Shown here piece by piece: positions 42,090-57,275 of a stretch of 64,000 nucleotides of DNA. Source of the stretch: Priapulus caudatus (taxonomy: Eukaryota). A program made the position numbers and the translations under genes. Below the pieces are notes generated by a model. It saw nothing but the letters and a program-made list of their open reading frames with translations, was not told the origin of the DNA and did no database searches. The stretch lies in contig NW_014577072.1 in NCBI RefSeq assembly GCF_000485595.1, forward strand, positions 555,413 to 619,412. Direction: 5' to 3'. The first letter of the stretch is position 1. Each line of letters begins with the position of its first letter.

Positions 42090-42235
42090 GAGCGCGCGCG
42101 AGAGAGAGTAGGCGAGTGAGAGTGAGAGAGAGGGGAGAGAAAGAGCGAGCGAGTGAGATAGATAGATAGAGAGAGCGAGAGAGCGCGCGAGATAGAGCGA
42201 GAGAGAGAGAGAAGAAATGAGAGATTGAGAGAGAG

Positions 42236-42276
<41 letters not shown>

Positions 42277-42305
42277 ACGAGAGAGAGAGAGAGAGAGAGA
42301 AGGAC

Positions 42306-42355
<50 letters not shown>

Positions 42356-42356
42356 A
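42090..42356. repeat. (GA)n polypurine tract
   Basis: Seen directly. Confidence 0.93.
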
Positions 42357-43179
42357 AATCTTTCAGTCCGTCAATCAGCACTACATCCGCTGGTTTGTCC
42401 GCCCGCCAGCATTTTGCGACGTCGCGCCGCGTTACCTCTCCATCGCGGCAGCGGAATAGCAGTAGCCAAGCAATCGTTAATGTTTCCATGCGAACATCGG
42501 CTGTGTGTGCGGTCTGACGTCCGCGTCTTATCCGCGGGTGACGTACGTGAATGTTCCATCTACGCCGGTAGTCAGCTTAGATGTATTGATATAAGATCGC
42601 TATAAGAGATAAAATATCTTGTCAGCCGCAGTTCTAGTTACATTTGGACGGTCATGCGATTAAATCCGTGCTATGCTCACTGATCACTTAGACGGCAATC
42701 GCTATTTTATGTATTGAAAACGGAGCTTATTCCATAGGTCAGCGCAACTACATGGCATAGACTGCGCGTTCCGCTCGTATCGCCGTGCATCGCTAGCGAT
42801 ACAAACGATCGTAGTGACAGTCTGGATGATAGCCGGTTCATGACGGGAGACTAGCACGGAAGACGAAAATATTCTTCTCTAAATGTATAATGTCTAGTAT
42901 GTACGGTTACCGATTGTCATCAGGGAAGTGCAGCTAGTTGCATGCAATGATGACATCTGCAGTCGTGAGTGCGAGCGGAGCATATTGTGCGCATACATAC
43001 ACGCACCCCGCATGTTTTCCATATCGCACGATTTATCATTTCTACTTCGATGGAATTCCTCTCTTCACTGAGAACCCGGATAGATGTGTATAGTCCATCG
43101 CGCGTAACCAGATGTTAGCTAAGTAATGTACCGTAAAGTTTCCGTATTCAATTTTGTTGAAGTTTCGTAACCATTTGCC

Positions 43180-43210
<31 letters not shown>

Positions 43211-46200
43211 TGTCGTCGCGCATTATACGTCACGCGCAAGTCACTGCGCGCGTTTCCCCGATTGCGGCGAAATCGCAGGCCGAACACTATTAAGGCATAT
43301 GCATGTATACTTTTGTCGCAAATCGTGGGCAAAGCCAGGCGGTTACCCTCGCGTGTAAGTAGGGGATGGTTTGCACGTGCACTTGCGCCACATAATAGGC
43401 GCGATGGCACACGCCGCCGCAGCTGTGTGTTTTATGTTGCGTAATTAAACCCATTATACGGCACACTTGACGGAATCATTGGTGGCAATTTACATAAGCA
43501 GCTGCAACAGGCTAAAAGCACTCCTAACCGAAATGAACACGAAATTCGGCCAGAAAAGTTCATTAGTGCGAAGATTTGCAGACGCGCCAACAGCAATACG
43601 GCGCGGACGTCTCTAGAATCCAGCCGCGACTACTCCGCTTTCATACATATACGAAGTCGTAAGAACCGCATCTCTCTCATGTCCGCGACAATGATGAACA
43701 TTCATTGTTTACCAGGCGCATCCATCGAATGCAACAACACTGCGTACTACTTATTCTGCGCGGGTGCCCGGATGTGAGTGTTTAATTACCGCTGCGCCTC
43801 GCTAGTCGTGGCGCCGCGGGGAGGCAGCACCGGCGCGAGCGCGGAGAAGGTACACCACGATTCTAATTCGGTTTATTTCATTAGCAATTAATGCGCGCAG
43901 GAAAAATGCACGCATTAGAAATCTCTCGTAAGCTTGTTCGGATGCCAGCTGGGAGCGCGCGACATCCGCAGCGGGCTGGCTAATTAAAGGTCGTCGATCA
44001 TCGGCGACGAGCGCTAGATTAGTAAAGTTTCTATTAGCAAGCCGCATTAATATTCACCGCGAAGTCGAATGACGTTTCGAGGTTAGCCTTTTACGTGCTT
44101 TTAATGTCACAGAGATTACGATTAGCTTATAGAGCACACTGTCTCGTCACTGATCAATCGGCATCTCCCGGAGAAGAAAATAACACGGGGATCTGACAGG
44201 TTGATTGCCGCATCTGTCCATCGGCTATGCATAATATATGGCGTGTCATAACCGATTGGACGCAGTGAGTGTAGCCCACAAACACAGCCCCACCAGACGA
44301 TGTAATACGCAAACAGGTCTATAAAACGTTGAGAAAATTCAGTTAGAAAGGCACAACGGAGTAATGAATTCAGCCATTAAATACGTAGAATTATTGAATT
44401 CACATACATGTCTATTACCTGTGTTATAGATTCGCATACAGAACAGTCTAGGCCGAAGCCATTAGAAGCTTTTGTGTCCCCACTGACACAGCGCAGCGTG
44501 GGAGTGATAATTATGTGTATAATATAATAGTTTACGCATTCGATTGCTCAACCTAAATATCCGTCTCAAGCACTCTAAACAGAACTAATGACTATCCTCG
44601 CAGCTGAGCGGCTAAACAGCCTGTATTCTGGAACTTCTCGTGCAAAAACATTGATATAGTAGATGTGCGATGTATGACTTCGTTAGCAGCAGTTAAAAGC
44701 TTTGCTGCATAACCGAGGCCAGAGTTGTATCAAGCGAGTTTAGGGCAGCGTTTACTGGGAAATGGCGTTCATGTCAATTTCTTTAGGCAAAAAAATACCA
44801 AATTCACAGCTTGGATATAGCTGCGAAATTTTTAATGGGAGGAAGGCAGTGTGAGCTGTATCAGTACTGCCGACGACGGCTGTAGCTAGCGATCCAAATT
44901 AACGGGTAACGTTCATTTTACTATCGGCTAAAATCGAATCCAATCAAAATGCTTCGTGGGCCATTTTACGATGTGATTAATGTTATACAACATTAGTATT
45001 TAATCATTTAACAGAACTGTACACGATACGTGCATTTATAAGATAAAATACGTCAAATCGTCTGCATGCAAATACAGCCTACAGCCTACAACTACAACCT
45101 TTAGATCTGTCACAGGTGCTGATGGTGTCTTTTAAAGAGGTAGGTGTGTGACCGTGCGACAGCATTATTAGTTATTGCACGCTTTAGCTCGTATTCATTC
45201 GCCTATGAATAGAAACTGTCGCGTCTTATTTTAAAAGACCGTACCATGTTGTCGCATTGCAACCAGGACATCGGACGATATGTAATACCGGACCGAATTT
45301 TCTTGCCCGATATTACTATATATAGCAGCCACGCTCGACACATGACAATTTCAGAATGGGTTACCGTGAGACATAATAGAGCATAATAAAGAGAGCAGCA
45401 CAATAAGCTTCCGTGTTAATTGATAATCTGCACATAGTTCATTCACCCACGAGACCCAAGACTACACCCAAGAGATATTTCATCTTGTGCACCTACCTAT
45501 ACGAATGCGTAATTCCACCACCGTGACACAGAGATTAGAGTTATAAACGGCAACATTTCGTATGCTTTCTGATGAGAAAATACTTACCAAATCATATTTC
45601 CAACCATATACTTTTATTATGTTAAGAGTGATAAAATATAAAGCAGTGAAGCTTGAGACGGAAGGTCATATAGCGGATTCGTGGGCTTTAGGATTGACTA
45701 TGGTCGTCAAGGGTGGTGTGAACTTCGCACTCCGAAAACTCGGGTCTGAAAGAATGAAGGTTTAGAGCTCCGTCTGCTGATCGTTGAGCTCCTTAAGTCA
45801 GACATGAGAGCTGTGCATTAGGTTGCTCGCGTGGAACTAGGGTGCGAGTGAAATCTGGGTCTACGAAGATAGCATGTTCCGTGGCAGAACACGCATAACA
45901 GTGTTCGTATCGGTGGCGGCCGGGTGATGCATGCATGCCTCCCCACGTTCGACCGATTACACCATGACAGGGCTTAAATTCACCAGAATATATGCAGATC
46001 CTTCTACTAAAGCGAGAATCTATTTGATCTGGGAGCCATAAATATTTGAAACATTCAGCTTAAACGCGGCACGCGATGTAAGTTGTTGCCGAAAATAAAC
46101 AGTCAACTGTTAAAACGGGAAGACACACGTGCTTATATTTAAGGTGCGATCAATAGCGCATATTTACCCGCGTATACACCGAACTGTATTGATCGAAATC

Positions 46201-46582
46201 CACGAAACCCGTAATCAGCGTTACGACCTAAATCATTGTTCCTTGGTTTCCCGTTCGCTGCTCTCTCGTAACTGTAAAGCCGCAGATGTACCTACATGGC
46301 CACGACGCATAACTGATCGCGCAATAATCGCCCAGTGATGTCCCTTGTCGGTCAAGCACGCCGCGGCTTTTAGAAACACCACGTGCTGTCGCTGCGCAAT
46401 GCACGGCCTTTGTGACGCAACGATGCACGAGTATGAGCTAAGATGTCACGCAATAGTTGTGTTCGCGGTGGATGACATTAGCTGTGCCAAGATTAGACAC
46501 GCGGTCAAGTGTCATTAGACGCGTATGGTAAATTGACAATGTTACTGCGAGCTAATTGCACGTTGTAGGCGACACATTAGCG

Positions 46583-46641
46583 TTATTATTATTATTATTA
46601 TTATTACTATAATCATCATCATCATCATCATCATCATCATT

Positions 46642-46690
<49 letters not shown>

Positions 46691-46732
46691 GAACCACCAC
46701 CAGCAGCAGCAGGAGCAGCATCAGCATCATCA
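46583..46732. repeat. Compound trinucleotide repeat (ATT)n(ATC)n(CAG)n
   Basis: Seen directly. Confidence 0.95.
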
Positions 46733-46920
46733 TGTTGAAAATTTCTCAGAGTGTGGCAGAACGGCTAGATCGAAATCTAACTCACCGTAGTTTTCCTAGT
46801 GATGATATTCATCTGCAAGTATAGCGCAGGATTCTAACCCTAAATCACTCGTAGGGATTGTACTTATTTTCCTTATTGAGCCGAGGAAACATACCTTAAC
46901 CGGAAAAAATGACTTAGAGC

Positions 46921-47286
<366 letters not shown>

Positions 47287-47637
47287 GGGGTGTGTGCATG
47301 GTAATCGGCAGGTCACTTCGTTTTCTGAGGAAAAAGCAGCTATCGAATGCATCGAATCGCAGACGAGAGCAGAAATTTCCGGACTATTGAGCCGATGTCG
47401 CGGACCTTTGAACAGGAGGCGGAGACTAATTTCCATGATCGCTTCAAGTTGAAACTAGTATGTTTCTGCTCCTAATCTGCTGGAAAATTGCAATAACCGC
47501 CGTGGTGAACAGAAACGGTCATCAACCCCCCCCCCCTCACCTCGATACCAGCAGCACGACTTTTCGCAATTTAGCAAATATACGCATTGTCGGTTACTTA
47601 CTCCTGCTGACGACGACGAAATCTTTATGATGACATT

Positions 47638-47652
47638 GGCCCCCTGCTGGTA
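47638..47652 (-). promoter_or_regulatory. CTCF-like motif (CCAGCAGGGGGCCA on minus strand)
   Basis: Matches the core CCASYAGRKGGC; weaker look-alikes at ~47779 and ~47813. Motif match only. Confidence 0.3.
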
Positions 47653-48813
47653 TAAAATTGTGTAAGTGATTTGTATAAGCATTTCGCCTGCGCGACTGAA
47701 ATTCGCGAACGTCAGCAGGAACACTATAAACCATAAGGCTACGTTTATATAAAGCCATCGTGAAAATAATGAAATTACCCGGCAGGGGTGCACCACGAAT
47801 ATTTGAAAATGACCGCCAGAGGCGCCACAATATTTAACAAAATCATTATTAATTCAGCGGCGCCGGCCTAATACAGTAATATCTCGTTATTGCGTCGTTC
47901 ACGTCGCTTCCTACTTGTGGTTAGAATTCTAAATCTTCTCCGCAGCGCAGCGAAACGACTATACGGTCTAGGTCTGGAGTGCACTGCCATCGCCGTTATC
48001 TACCGAATCCTTTTCGAACAACTGCCTGACGTTATTACCCAGCAGGCGAAATTAAGATGAACTACTATCAGGACGTCTCTCCAATACGCAGATGTACATT
48101 CGACTGTTCACGTAATCGTAATAAAAATCACTGATAAATCTAACGTTTCCCAGCGGACTCGCACAATGACAAATTTCGTCGATCCGTCACCCGGCAACAC
48201 GAATCTGGCGCCCTACTTGTGCGCGTCTGCGCCCGTAGACCTCTGACCGCGTCCTAACGAGAGCGCTGTCTAACGGTAGCATTATTAGCCTCCGTATATA
48301 TGTATATACATGCTGCACTGGCTGGCTTGTTGTCTCGACTCGATAGACGTTGGTGCGCCGTATGGCACTGGTGTACTACTAGCTCCCTGTATTGTAAGGC
48401 TGTGTTCACTCCACCCTCATCATGAGCCAATCAGTTGTCCCTCGGCTCAAATGTGAAATTTGTCAAATTTTTCATGTCACGTAGTAACGGGTTTTCGTAC
48501 ATTCGCAACCCAGTCGAGAAGGGGAATGAACAGGACTATGGGGGAGGTAATATAGTTCTGTTGTGGATTGGTATTCGCGCGGTGGTGTGCATTGTGCGGC
48601 CTTTCGGTGTGTGTAGTGTCGACTTCGCCGCCCGCATAGGACGAGCTGAATACGTTTGAAAGCTGATTCGCAGTTCATTGTCTGTTAGACACGATGCTAC
48701 AAGAGCGAGCGATGTGAAATATTGCGTACCTATGTATATTGCATGAGATGTGTACCTAATGACTGTACGTGTTTCATTCTGCACTAACCACAGCTGGTCA
48801 ATACGTGATCCTC

Positions 48814-49205
48814 GCACTAGCTATAGCGGGTCACTGTGTGATTTTGCCACTAACTATAGCGGGCCAGTGATAGTGGTACTAATTATAGCGGACCAGTGAT
48901 AGTGCTACTAATTATAGCGAGCCAGTGATAGTGGTACTAACTATAACGGGCCCGTGATAGTGGTACTAATTATAGCGAGCCAGTGATAGTGGTACTAACT
49001 ATAGCGGGCCCGTGATAGTGGTACTAACTATAGCGGGTCAGTGATAGTGGTACTAACTATAGCGGGTCAGTGATAGTGGTACTAATTATAGCGAGCCAGT
49101 GATAGTGGTACTAACTATAGCGGGCCCGTGATAGTGGTACCAACTATAGCGACCTAATTGGTGATGCTGGTACTAGCTTTAGCGGACCAGTGATTGTGGT
49201 ACTAT
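48814..49205. repeat. 29-bp minisatellite, about 13 copies
   Basis: TACTAAYTATAGCGRGCCAGTGATAGTGG; starts at 48877 and 48906 give the period. Confidence 0.95.
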
Positions 49206-52200
49206 TGATGGGTCAGTATATCTGAGTCAAAGACAAATTAAGCACACGCGCGAAGAGGGAGTGGGGTTGGAGAGTTGCGCTGGTGTGTGGTTGTGTTGGT
49301 GTGTGCTGGTGTGTGTGTGATGTGTGTGTGTACGCTGCGTGCGCTCGGTGTGTGTGTGGGCGGTGTACGCGTGCGCGCATGTGTGTACGCGCGCGTGTGT
49401 ATGTGTGTCGAACATAAACACTCACATTCAGCGGTATTATCTGATTTTGTGATTTTGTGTCGAATATAGACTATTTGTGTATCCTCACAGCATTGCTTTT
49501 AGTTCTGATTGGGTTCGCATGGTTGTGAAAATCTTTTATTGTATGCTCATGTATCTTAGATCGATACATCTACTTAGCATAAAGTGTGCTCGTAGATCAT
49601 GCGGTTATGATCGGTCTAAACAGACGCGTTAGTCTAATATATGTGACATAGTAGATGGCTATCATACAATCACACAATATATCTCAGTGATATAAATGAA
49701 GTCACTTCGGCGTTAATATACACAGAATTACAGAGTACATCAGATTCGTCATAGTGTATGCAGCGAGTATGCTTTGAGTCTAATGGATGCTGCGACACCT
49801 AATATATGAATTTCTGTCGATCATACATCGTATTACTAATCTACTTACTATACTCTTTCATATCAATACATTATACGTCGTGATCTACTGGTGTTACTCG
49901 AGTGCCAAATCTTCTGCTCTTGGCGAAGAGGATTAATAGTCGAGTGGAACTTACTACGGTATGCAAATTCGTGTACAGTTATCGTTTGTCTTCACTCATA
50001 AGGGCAGATCATCTGGATATCAAGATCTACATCACCAGTGACCGATGAAGCATAACAGTACGTGTTAATAACTATCGCGACCTGTGCATATGACGCTCAG
50101 CACACTGCACGGCAACGAACACGATCACGGACACTACGCGAAGCACACTCATTCACGCGCAAGCACGCGTAGATTGACGCACAATTAACACGACAGCTCA
50201 ACATCGAACACTAGCCAACTCATTATCTGTCACACATTTTTTACACTACAAGCGACACCATCACGACTACTAGCATACAACTACTATACGACACACACCA
50301 CACACACGTATTTTATTATCAAGAAGTATATAATCTATGATATGCTTCTGTCGCTGTACATGTTCCTTGCTATTATACGTTATATCGAGCTTGGTTCTTA
50401 CACATCGCGCGCGTTGCGTGTGCTGCGCGTGCGTGTCATCTTACGCGCGGCGAGAGTAATAGCTGCTCAATCCTGATTTTTATGTTAATCGTAATGTACA
50501 GTTATGTTTACGCACCCGGGACCGATGCAGTCAAAGGTAAGTCTTGCAATGGAATCATAATTACGCGTCTTGCTTATGTGTGTTGTTAGCTCATATGCTG
50601 CATCAGCCACTAGATAGCCGCGGCTTTACTGAGTGGAACGTTCATGACCAGAGATCGATATAAGTAGTATAGCCATGCAGTTAATTCTCGCCAAGATTTG
50701 AACACAGACTAAGAGCGCCTAATAGCAGGATAGAACGTATCACAAGTCTTTAATAACTTGTTCGCGTAACAAATTGTAGACCATGTATGAAGTTGAAATA
50801 GACCTCAATAATGTAGCGGTACGACAGGGCTGCTCGTTCGTATTATCAAGGGGGCAGATAGTCTAGGATCTCACGCAAGTTTGAAATCTGTAGCGATATA
50901 ATACACTAGGCTAGATCGTACCCTGAGAACCTGCCTATCTCAGGGCATCAATGGGATACCACTGACTTCTTGCGATCACTCTTCGACATCCGCATCGTCG
51001 TATCATTGAAGTTGAGAGAAGCCTAATGTGGGAGTCACTGTGCAGATCCTCGACTCTCTGGTCCCAATACGCATGATGATTTGATATCTCTCACATGTCA
51101 TTCGGTATGCTTATACATGCATATACTCGAACGTACTAGAGAATCACTCGAGGCTCTAATAAGCTCGCTCTCATGAGGCTCGCTAGTCTCTGGTCAAGAG
51201 CCACAGGACTAGGCATGAGCCGGTACCTCAGCTCAACACGCATGTCTGTCTCGTATATACTCTAGCTAGAGACAACGTAGTTCCTATGACGACTACGCCT
51301 GGTTAAACGGACCTGCACGATCGTTGGAGATCTAGTATGCTGCATGGCCTCAGAATGTCAGAGCACTGGGCTATTCAAAACGTTTATATGTCTCGGCTAG
51401 CTATGGTCGTCAGTATATTTGGTTAGTAACCGGGCGGTAGAAGCCAAGGATGCGGTATGTGTGGATCGACCCGCAAGCAACGTTGAGACACGGTTCTTGG
51501 AGACAACGATGACGGCGGGTTTAGAAGGGTGATGATGAATGGCCTCTGGTATGTCCGGCTATCATCGAAGTAAGCCGGGTACCCGGGTATAACCCGCCGC
51601 TATAAGTTAGTTATTCTCACGCGCTTAGTAGGCGCACTAGCGCTTTCCGGTACGGCCTTCAAACAAGTGGGTGAAAAGACCTACCGACTAACGTTTTAGG
51701 AAAGGCTGGCGTATGAGGAAACCTAGCCGGTTGGGCTGCACGTTGACCAGCGTATAAGTGACTTCTGGGGGTATGCTTTGGGCGAATATTGGTATTACTG
51801 TTATGCCTGCTTTGCGCTCTGTTTGCAATGTGCCGGCGTTACGATAATGGAGCCACAAGTTTCGGGGCGTGCGGCCGCACGTCGGTGGCAACTCGGCCGC
51901 GAACGGCGACCATCCCGTGTGCGCATATAGCCGCGGAGTCATAACCTTTGCTTGTCGAAGGTTTGTTGAGTTTTAAGAACGATGTATCATCGTGTGCTCC
52001 CGACGCATAGACGTCGTTCTTAATCTTTCGGCCTTTTCAATCCCGTCTTCTTATTTGCATTGATGCCAGCTTTGAATTCGTGATTTCCGCGATATATGAT
52101 GTTGACACACGTGACAATTCACCTACATGCTTCCGTGTCGTTTCGGTAGAGATGCGGCGCGCTGATGAATTTGTGACGGTTTAAGGCGGACGCCATCTTG

Positions 52201-55200
52201 TGTACCGACTGGTTATAAGGTTGGCTCTCAGCACGGTTGTAGCTGGCCGGAACCGGCTTTCAGCCCCGTCGTCAAGGCGGACCGGGCAAGAGCTCCGATG
52301 CGCTCAAGGCCGTTTCCTTTCGGGTCGCTATCTTCCTCGAACGGTTGCCACTAAAAAGTTACGTCGAAATCCCACTGTATATCAGTGACCCGAAAAAAAC
52401 AACAGTCCGGCGACTGGCGCGAACGTCCCATTCCTCAGTCCTCGAGGACTCGATTCCAACAACACCCACACGGTACCTCCGTACTATTAGTGATGGAGAC
52501 TGACGATAGTCGTCGGCCTTTGGTCCATCCCTGTCTTGACAAAAGAACCCGCTTAACCCGCTGCATCATCCACCCGCTTCTGAGACAGGCGTGTCTCAAC
52601 GGCTGTATGTTCGCACAGACAGGCTGTTCAGACAGCCGCCGAATCTCTCTGCCTTCCATGCTGTATGCGCCTGCCGCTTCAATTCTCTCGTCATGCGTGT
52701 GACCACTGACGGGGCAGCCTGGTGAAATTGCGCGGAAATCATTCAAAAAAGCCGTCGATCGGCATCCATCGCGCGGGCACACCCGTCCTACAAATCGCGG
52801 CAGAACCCGCTTCAATCGTCATCTAGACTCCGCGCATAAATTACAGCCGCCCTGCGCACCCGGTGTCCTGTGAAAATGAGGTCCCAGCCTGTTTAAGGTC
52901 GCGACCGGGACTTGCGGGGTGCGTGAGCGAATTTTTGCGTTGATGAGCAGGTTTGTGAGGCAGTTGATTATCTACGTCATCAGTGGCCTAGCCGGATTGC
53001 CTAGCACACACGCGGCCTTGCGGTCCGCCCGAACCACTCCCTGCCTTGCCTGCGACTTCGGTGCGGCCCGCGCCGCGTCGGCATGTTTTATCTTTTCTGT
53101 GAGTTTATGTGTGGCGGTGATAAAGCGGCGGGGGCTCTCCAGTGAGGGTGGGGCGGTGGGTCCTGGTTGCTGACGATGCAGGGAGGCTGGAGGCGGATCT
53201 GCACTGGTGATGGGGTCGCGGGTTGTTAAGACTAGGGGTTGCCATGGATATAGACAAAGCAGGTGTGGTGAGGAAGGGCATAGCCGCATGACCTGGCAAT
53301 CGCCGTTAAGGGGAACGAGGGGCCGGTGGGGCCGCCGCCCGACTTCTAGGCCGTCCGTCGATTCGGGTGACGTTGAGACAGGTTGAGGCGCAACTGGTTG
53401 AGACGAGGATTGCGCGCCGCTGAAGCGGGACTAAAAGGGCCGTATGGATTTCGAGACATGGAGATGTGAGTGCGGCTCACGCGCGATATTGTGACGACAG
53501 GTCTGTGAAGCGTCGCGTGGGATGAGCAGGGTTTCAGGCCGCGCGTTTATATAAGGTTAAAGGAAAGGGTGTATTTAGATGTCTTATGAATGAACTGGTA
53601 GTAGACTATGTGGTTGTCTGTGCATCAGAGCCGGTGCTGTGATCGACTAGGGAGTGGGCACGTTTGTCCGCTCTCTCGCCGCGATGGACTTGTATGTGCA
53701 AACCGTCTGAAGGTAGCATCCAATGCTACTGAAATGCAGGTCCCTGGGTAACAGAGAATATCACCTAACGAGCGGATCGGGCCTGAGAGTGTGAAGTATC
53801 AAGTAAAAATGATTTGAGTGGAAATAAGCTTGAGAAAGACAGATATTCGCATTTTAGACGCGGGAGTATAAGGAGACTGAGTAACAGAAGCAGCGCACTA
53901 AGATAATATAGAGACTGAAGGAGAATTGAGAGCAGGTATTTAGAACAGCGGGTTAGAATATGGAAGCGTGTGATAAGAATGCAATCATGGGTAGTTTGAC
54001 ATGTTCACGGCTCCACGGCTCAGAGTTACGAGCCGCAAACATGAGCTGATGTTGGAAATGCGGTTTTTAGAGACATGATGCAGGTAAGCGGTGCGTGTGA
54101 AGATAAGAGACTGTGATAATAAGGTCGTCTCATGAGTGAAGATAGAGACAGTATTAGTGTAACGGTATGTCATCTTAACTGCGGGTGTTGAGACAGGAAT
54201 GAGGCAGGTTTACGTACAGATGAAGGGCCCCATGGATGAGACGAGCGGCTCCTCAAGGCTCGGGCATGTTAATTTAAGCAGCGCTCGTGACGGCGGATGA
54301 CGGCAGGTTAAGACAGTTTGCCAAGCGGGCCGGGATAGAGGCAGAATCGTCTCCGCAGGTCTAAGACATGGATGGTGAAGCTATGGTATGATAGGGCAGT
54401 TAAGGCGGGGATGGTTGATCGCGGTTGAGACAGGATGAGGCAGGTCTAAGACAGTTGAAGGCGGGATTGAGCGCAGGTTAAGCGGGGTTAAGACAGGTTT
54501 GAAGCGGGGCGATGAGGCAGGTTTAGGACAGGTTGATGAGGGCCAGCGGGATGAGCAGTCGTTAAGGTCGGTGTTGCAGCAGGATGAGGCAGAGTTAAGA
54601 CAGGTTGAGCGGGGATGCAGGCAGGTTTAGCAGGGGCGCGCGTGACGCAAGATGAAGTGCAGGTCTTGACAGAGGTTATAGAGAAGAACGAAGCTGATAG
54701 AGTTTGGTTGTGCAGTTATTGTATCATTCTAAATATTTGTAAAGTTGTCGAAAAGTGTGTTAAGTCAACAGCGATTTTGATAGTTATGTCTGGAGGTTTT
54801 AGAGCACTGCGCTAGAGACAGTTGTATTCGAGCATACGACGAAGTCGAGATGGCTCAGGGCTTTTAAGGGCGAAGCTTAGAGGTTAAGACACTGCGTTGA
54901 GGAGTCTCTAACGAGCGTATTGGATGAATCGAGTCTCGAGGGTGATTTATATATATAGAGCGCATGGATTTATCGATCGAAGAGTGATGGGCTGTTGTAT
55001 TAACAGAACAGCTTATGGTGTCATGTTAGTCGATCGCTAAGAAAGGTTTAGTAATGGCAGGGGCTATGGTAGGCATGGATTTATAATAATGACGAGAATT
55101 TGTTAAGTCAGGTTGAAGCGGTCCGATATCTATTGAGTTACTTAAATGTTCCTAAGCTAATCTTCGATTTGCCAATGTTTATCTTCAACTCTCGCAAGGC

Positions 55201-55600
55201 TATTTTAAGATCATTGTCGCTAATGAAATGCTCGTAATGAAATTTTCGAAGGTTCTAATGAGGCTGGACGCAGCCGGATGAAAGAATTGTGGCTCTCTCC
55301 TCTCTCCCGGCGGTTTTCTGGTTAAGGCGGAGTTAAGGACAGGGTTGAAGCGGGATGAGGCAGGTTAAGGCGGGTTGAGACAGGTTGAGGCAGTTGAGAC
55401 AGGATTGCGCGGGTTAAAGCGGGTTGAAACAGGATGAGGCGGAATGAGACCGGATGAGGCGGGTTGAGGTGACTTAAGATGGGTTGAGACAGGTTGGCAC
55501 GGGTTGATACAGGTCGGAGAAGATTGAGGCGGCTTGACACAAGATAAAGCCGGTTGAGACGGGTTGAGACGCGTTGAGGCGGGTGAGACTGTTTCCGGCA
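49206..55600 (+). other. Noisy long-read-like gap fill duplicating 59180-60616
   Basis: 50300-50450 matches 59180-59330 with indels; 51470-51525 matches 59978-60035; 53370-55600 is a noisy form of the 10-bp satellite. Confidence 0.85.
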
Positions 55601-56974
55601 TTTCATAAGTCGCAGCTCGCCAAGCTGGCCAGTGATGCGCATGCATGCATTGACCTTCTTGATTCTTGTGGGAGGATGCAGAAGGTTACGGCATGTTGAA
55701 GTCGGTCGCGGCTAGCAGAAGCGCATTCAGGCAGCTTGTATGCCAGAGATCGTGCCTCGCGGCAGTGCATGCCTGCTGCCGTGGGTGTCTCGTATCGTAG
55801 GAGACGCGTTCGCAATAAATCAGCATCGGCCACGGCGCACACGCGCCGAACAAAGCACACAAATGACGCGCCGTGCTAATTATTAATTCTATCGACCCCC
55901 GTTACGTCATTGTGATTGTGTCCGCATCTACAATTACGCTGCTGCGCAGCCACGACTGCTGTTACCTTTGTTACGACTGCGCTGCTCGCGTAGACGCGAT
56001 AGAGTTCAGTTCTTTCTCGTCACTGAAGCCGACATTGGAACCGCGTTGTCGCTCACGTTTCTCGATGAGTGCGTGTGGTCGCGTGAGCGAGGGAGTGCAT
56101 GCATGTAAATGCGCGGCGTATAGTGTTAGCTGGCGAGACAGGCAGGATCAGCACACATGTTGGCACTTCTGGGGGAGTATGCTCGAAGAAAGCCGGGTGA
56201 AAATACACATGCGCAGCGTGATAAAGTAAATATCTTATCGATTATTGTTCTTGCCCGTTACTCAACGTCATAAGCAGTTCTAAATTATACATTGGGTTTT
56301 TATACTTTCATTATACTTGATTAAAAAAATCGTTCGAAAAGACAGCCAACTAATAAAATAACATTTAAGCGCATATAGCTACGAGGCTTATGATTTTGGC
56401 TCTAATATATTGTGAACTTGGATCTAAACATGTAAAAAACGCAAAAGCGGCTTGCGGCCATCGATTTCCATGTTTTTCACCAAATGTGATGTTTTTGCCG
56501 TTCAAATTGTTCTCACCATGAATCATGATGAATATAATTGTCAATGAAATTACTGCCTAAGTTAATATAGTCGCCTGGCTCTCTAATCGACTTGTCCAGT
56601 GTGTTTGGCTACATAATTTACACACACACTGCAGCAACGTTCGCCGACTCGTTGGCTGTCAAGACAATTACGTTATTGCAAGTTAGCATAATAGGCTTAG
56701 ATACATCTTCGTATGCATTCGGAGAATAATCGAAGCGGCAAGAAATCAGATTTTAGTTCTAATATTATAATTTAATCTTGTATTGCGCCGTCTTTCTTCA
56801 TCGCGTACGCAAATATTGTGTCGTGTACGAGCTTCACGATGGATCGTAGTGTGGATGTGTTTATAGTTTCGCATCATCTCTATACATATAGGAAAATCAA
56901 ACGGCTACACGTGCATATAAGAAGCAGAGTCAACGGGGAAAATTACGAAAGAGACGTATGTAATTGGGAAATTA

Positions 56975-56979
56975 TACAT

Positions 56980-57047
<68 letters not shown>

Positions 57048-57169
57048 CCCGCACGCACAGCACCTACGCCCACGCAACGACGCACACGCAAGCACGCACA
57101 CGCACAGCGCACACGCCACACGCACACGCACACAAACACACATAACACAGCACAACCACAGCCCATCAC

Positions 57170-57209
<40 letters not shown>
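56975..57209. repeat. (CA)n tract
   Basis: Seen directly. Confidence 0.92.
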
Positions 57210-57212
<3 letters not shown>

Positions 57213-57275
57213 GCACAGCAGACAAACTTATAACATATATATATATATATGTTATAAGTTTGTCTGCTGTGCAAC
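57210..57275. repeat. Perfect 66-bp palindrome centred on (AT)8
   Basis: GTTGCACAGCAGACAAACTTATAAC-(AT)8-GTTATAAGTTTGTCTGCTGTGCAAC. Confidence 0.95.

Noticed and set aside
48361..48382. TATGGCACTGGT matching the 5' end of miR-183/263
   Set aside because: The 3' half does not match and there is no hairpin partner.
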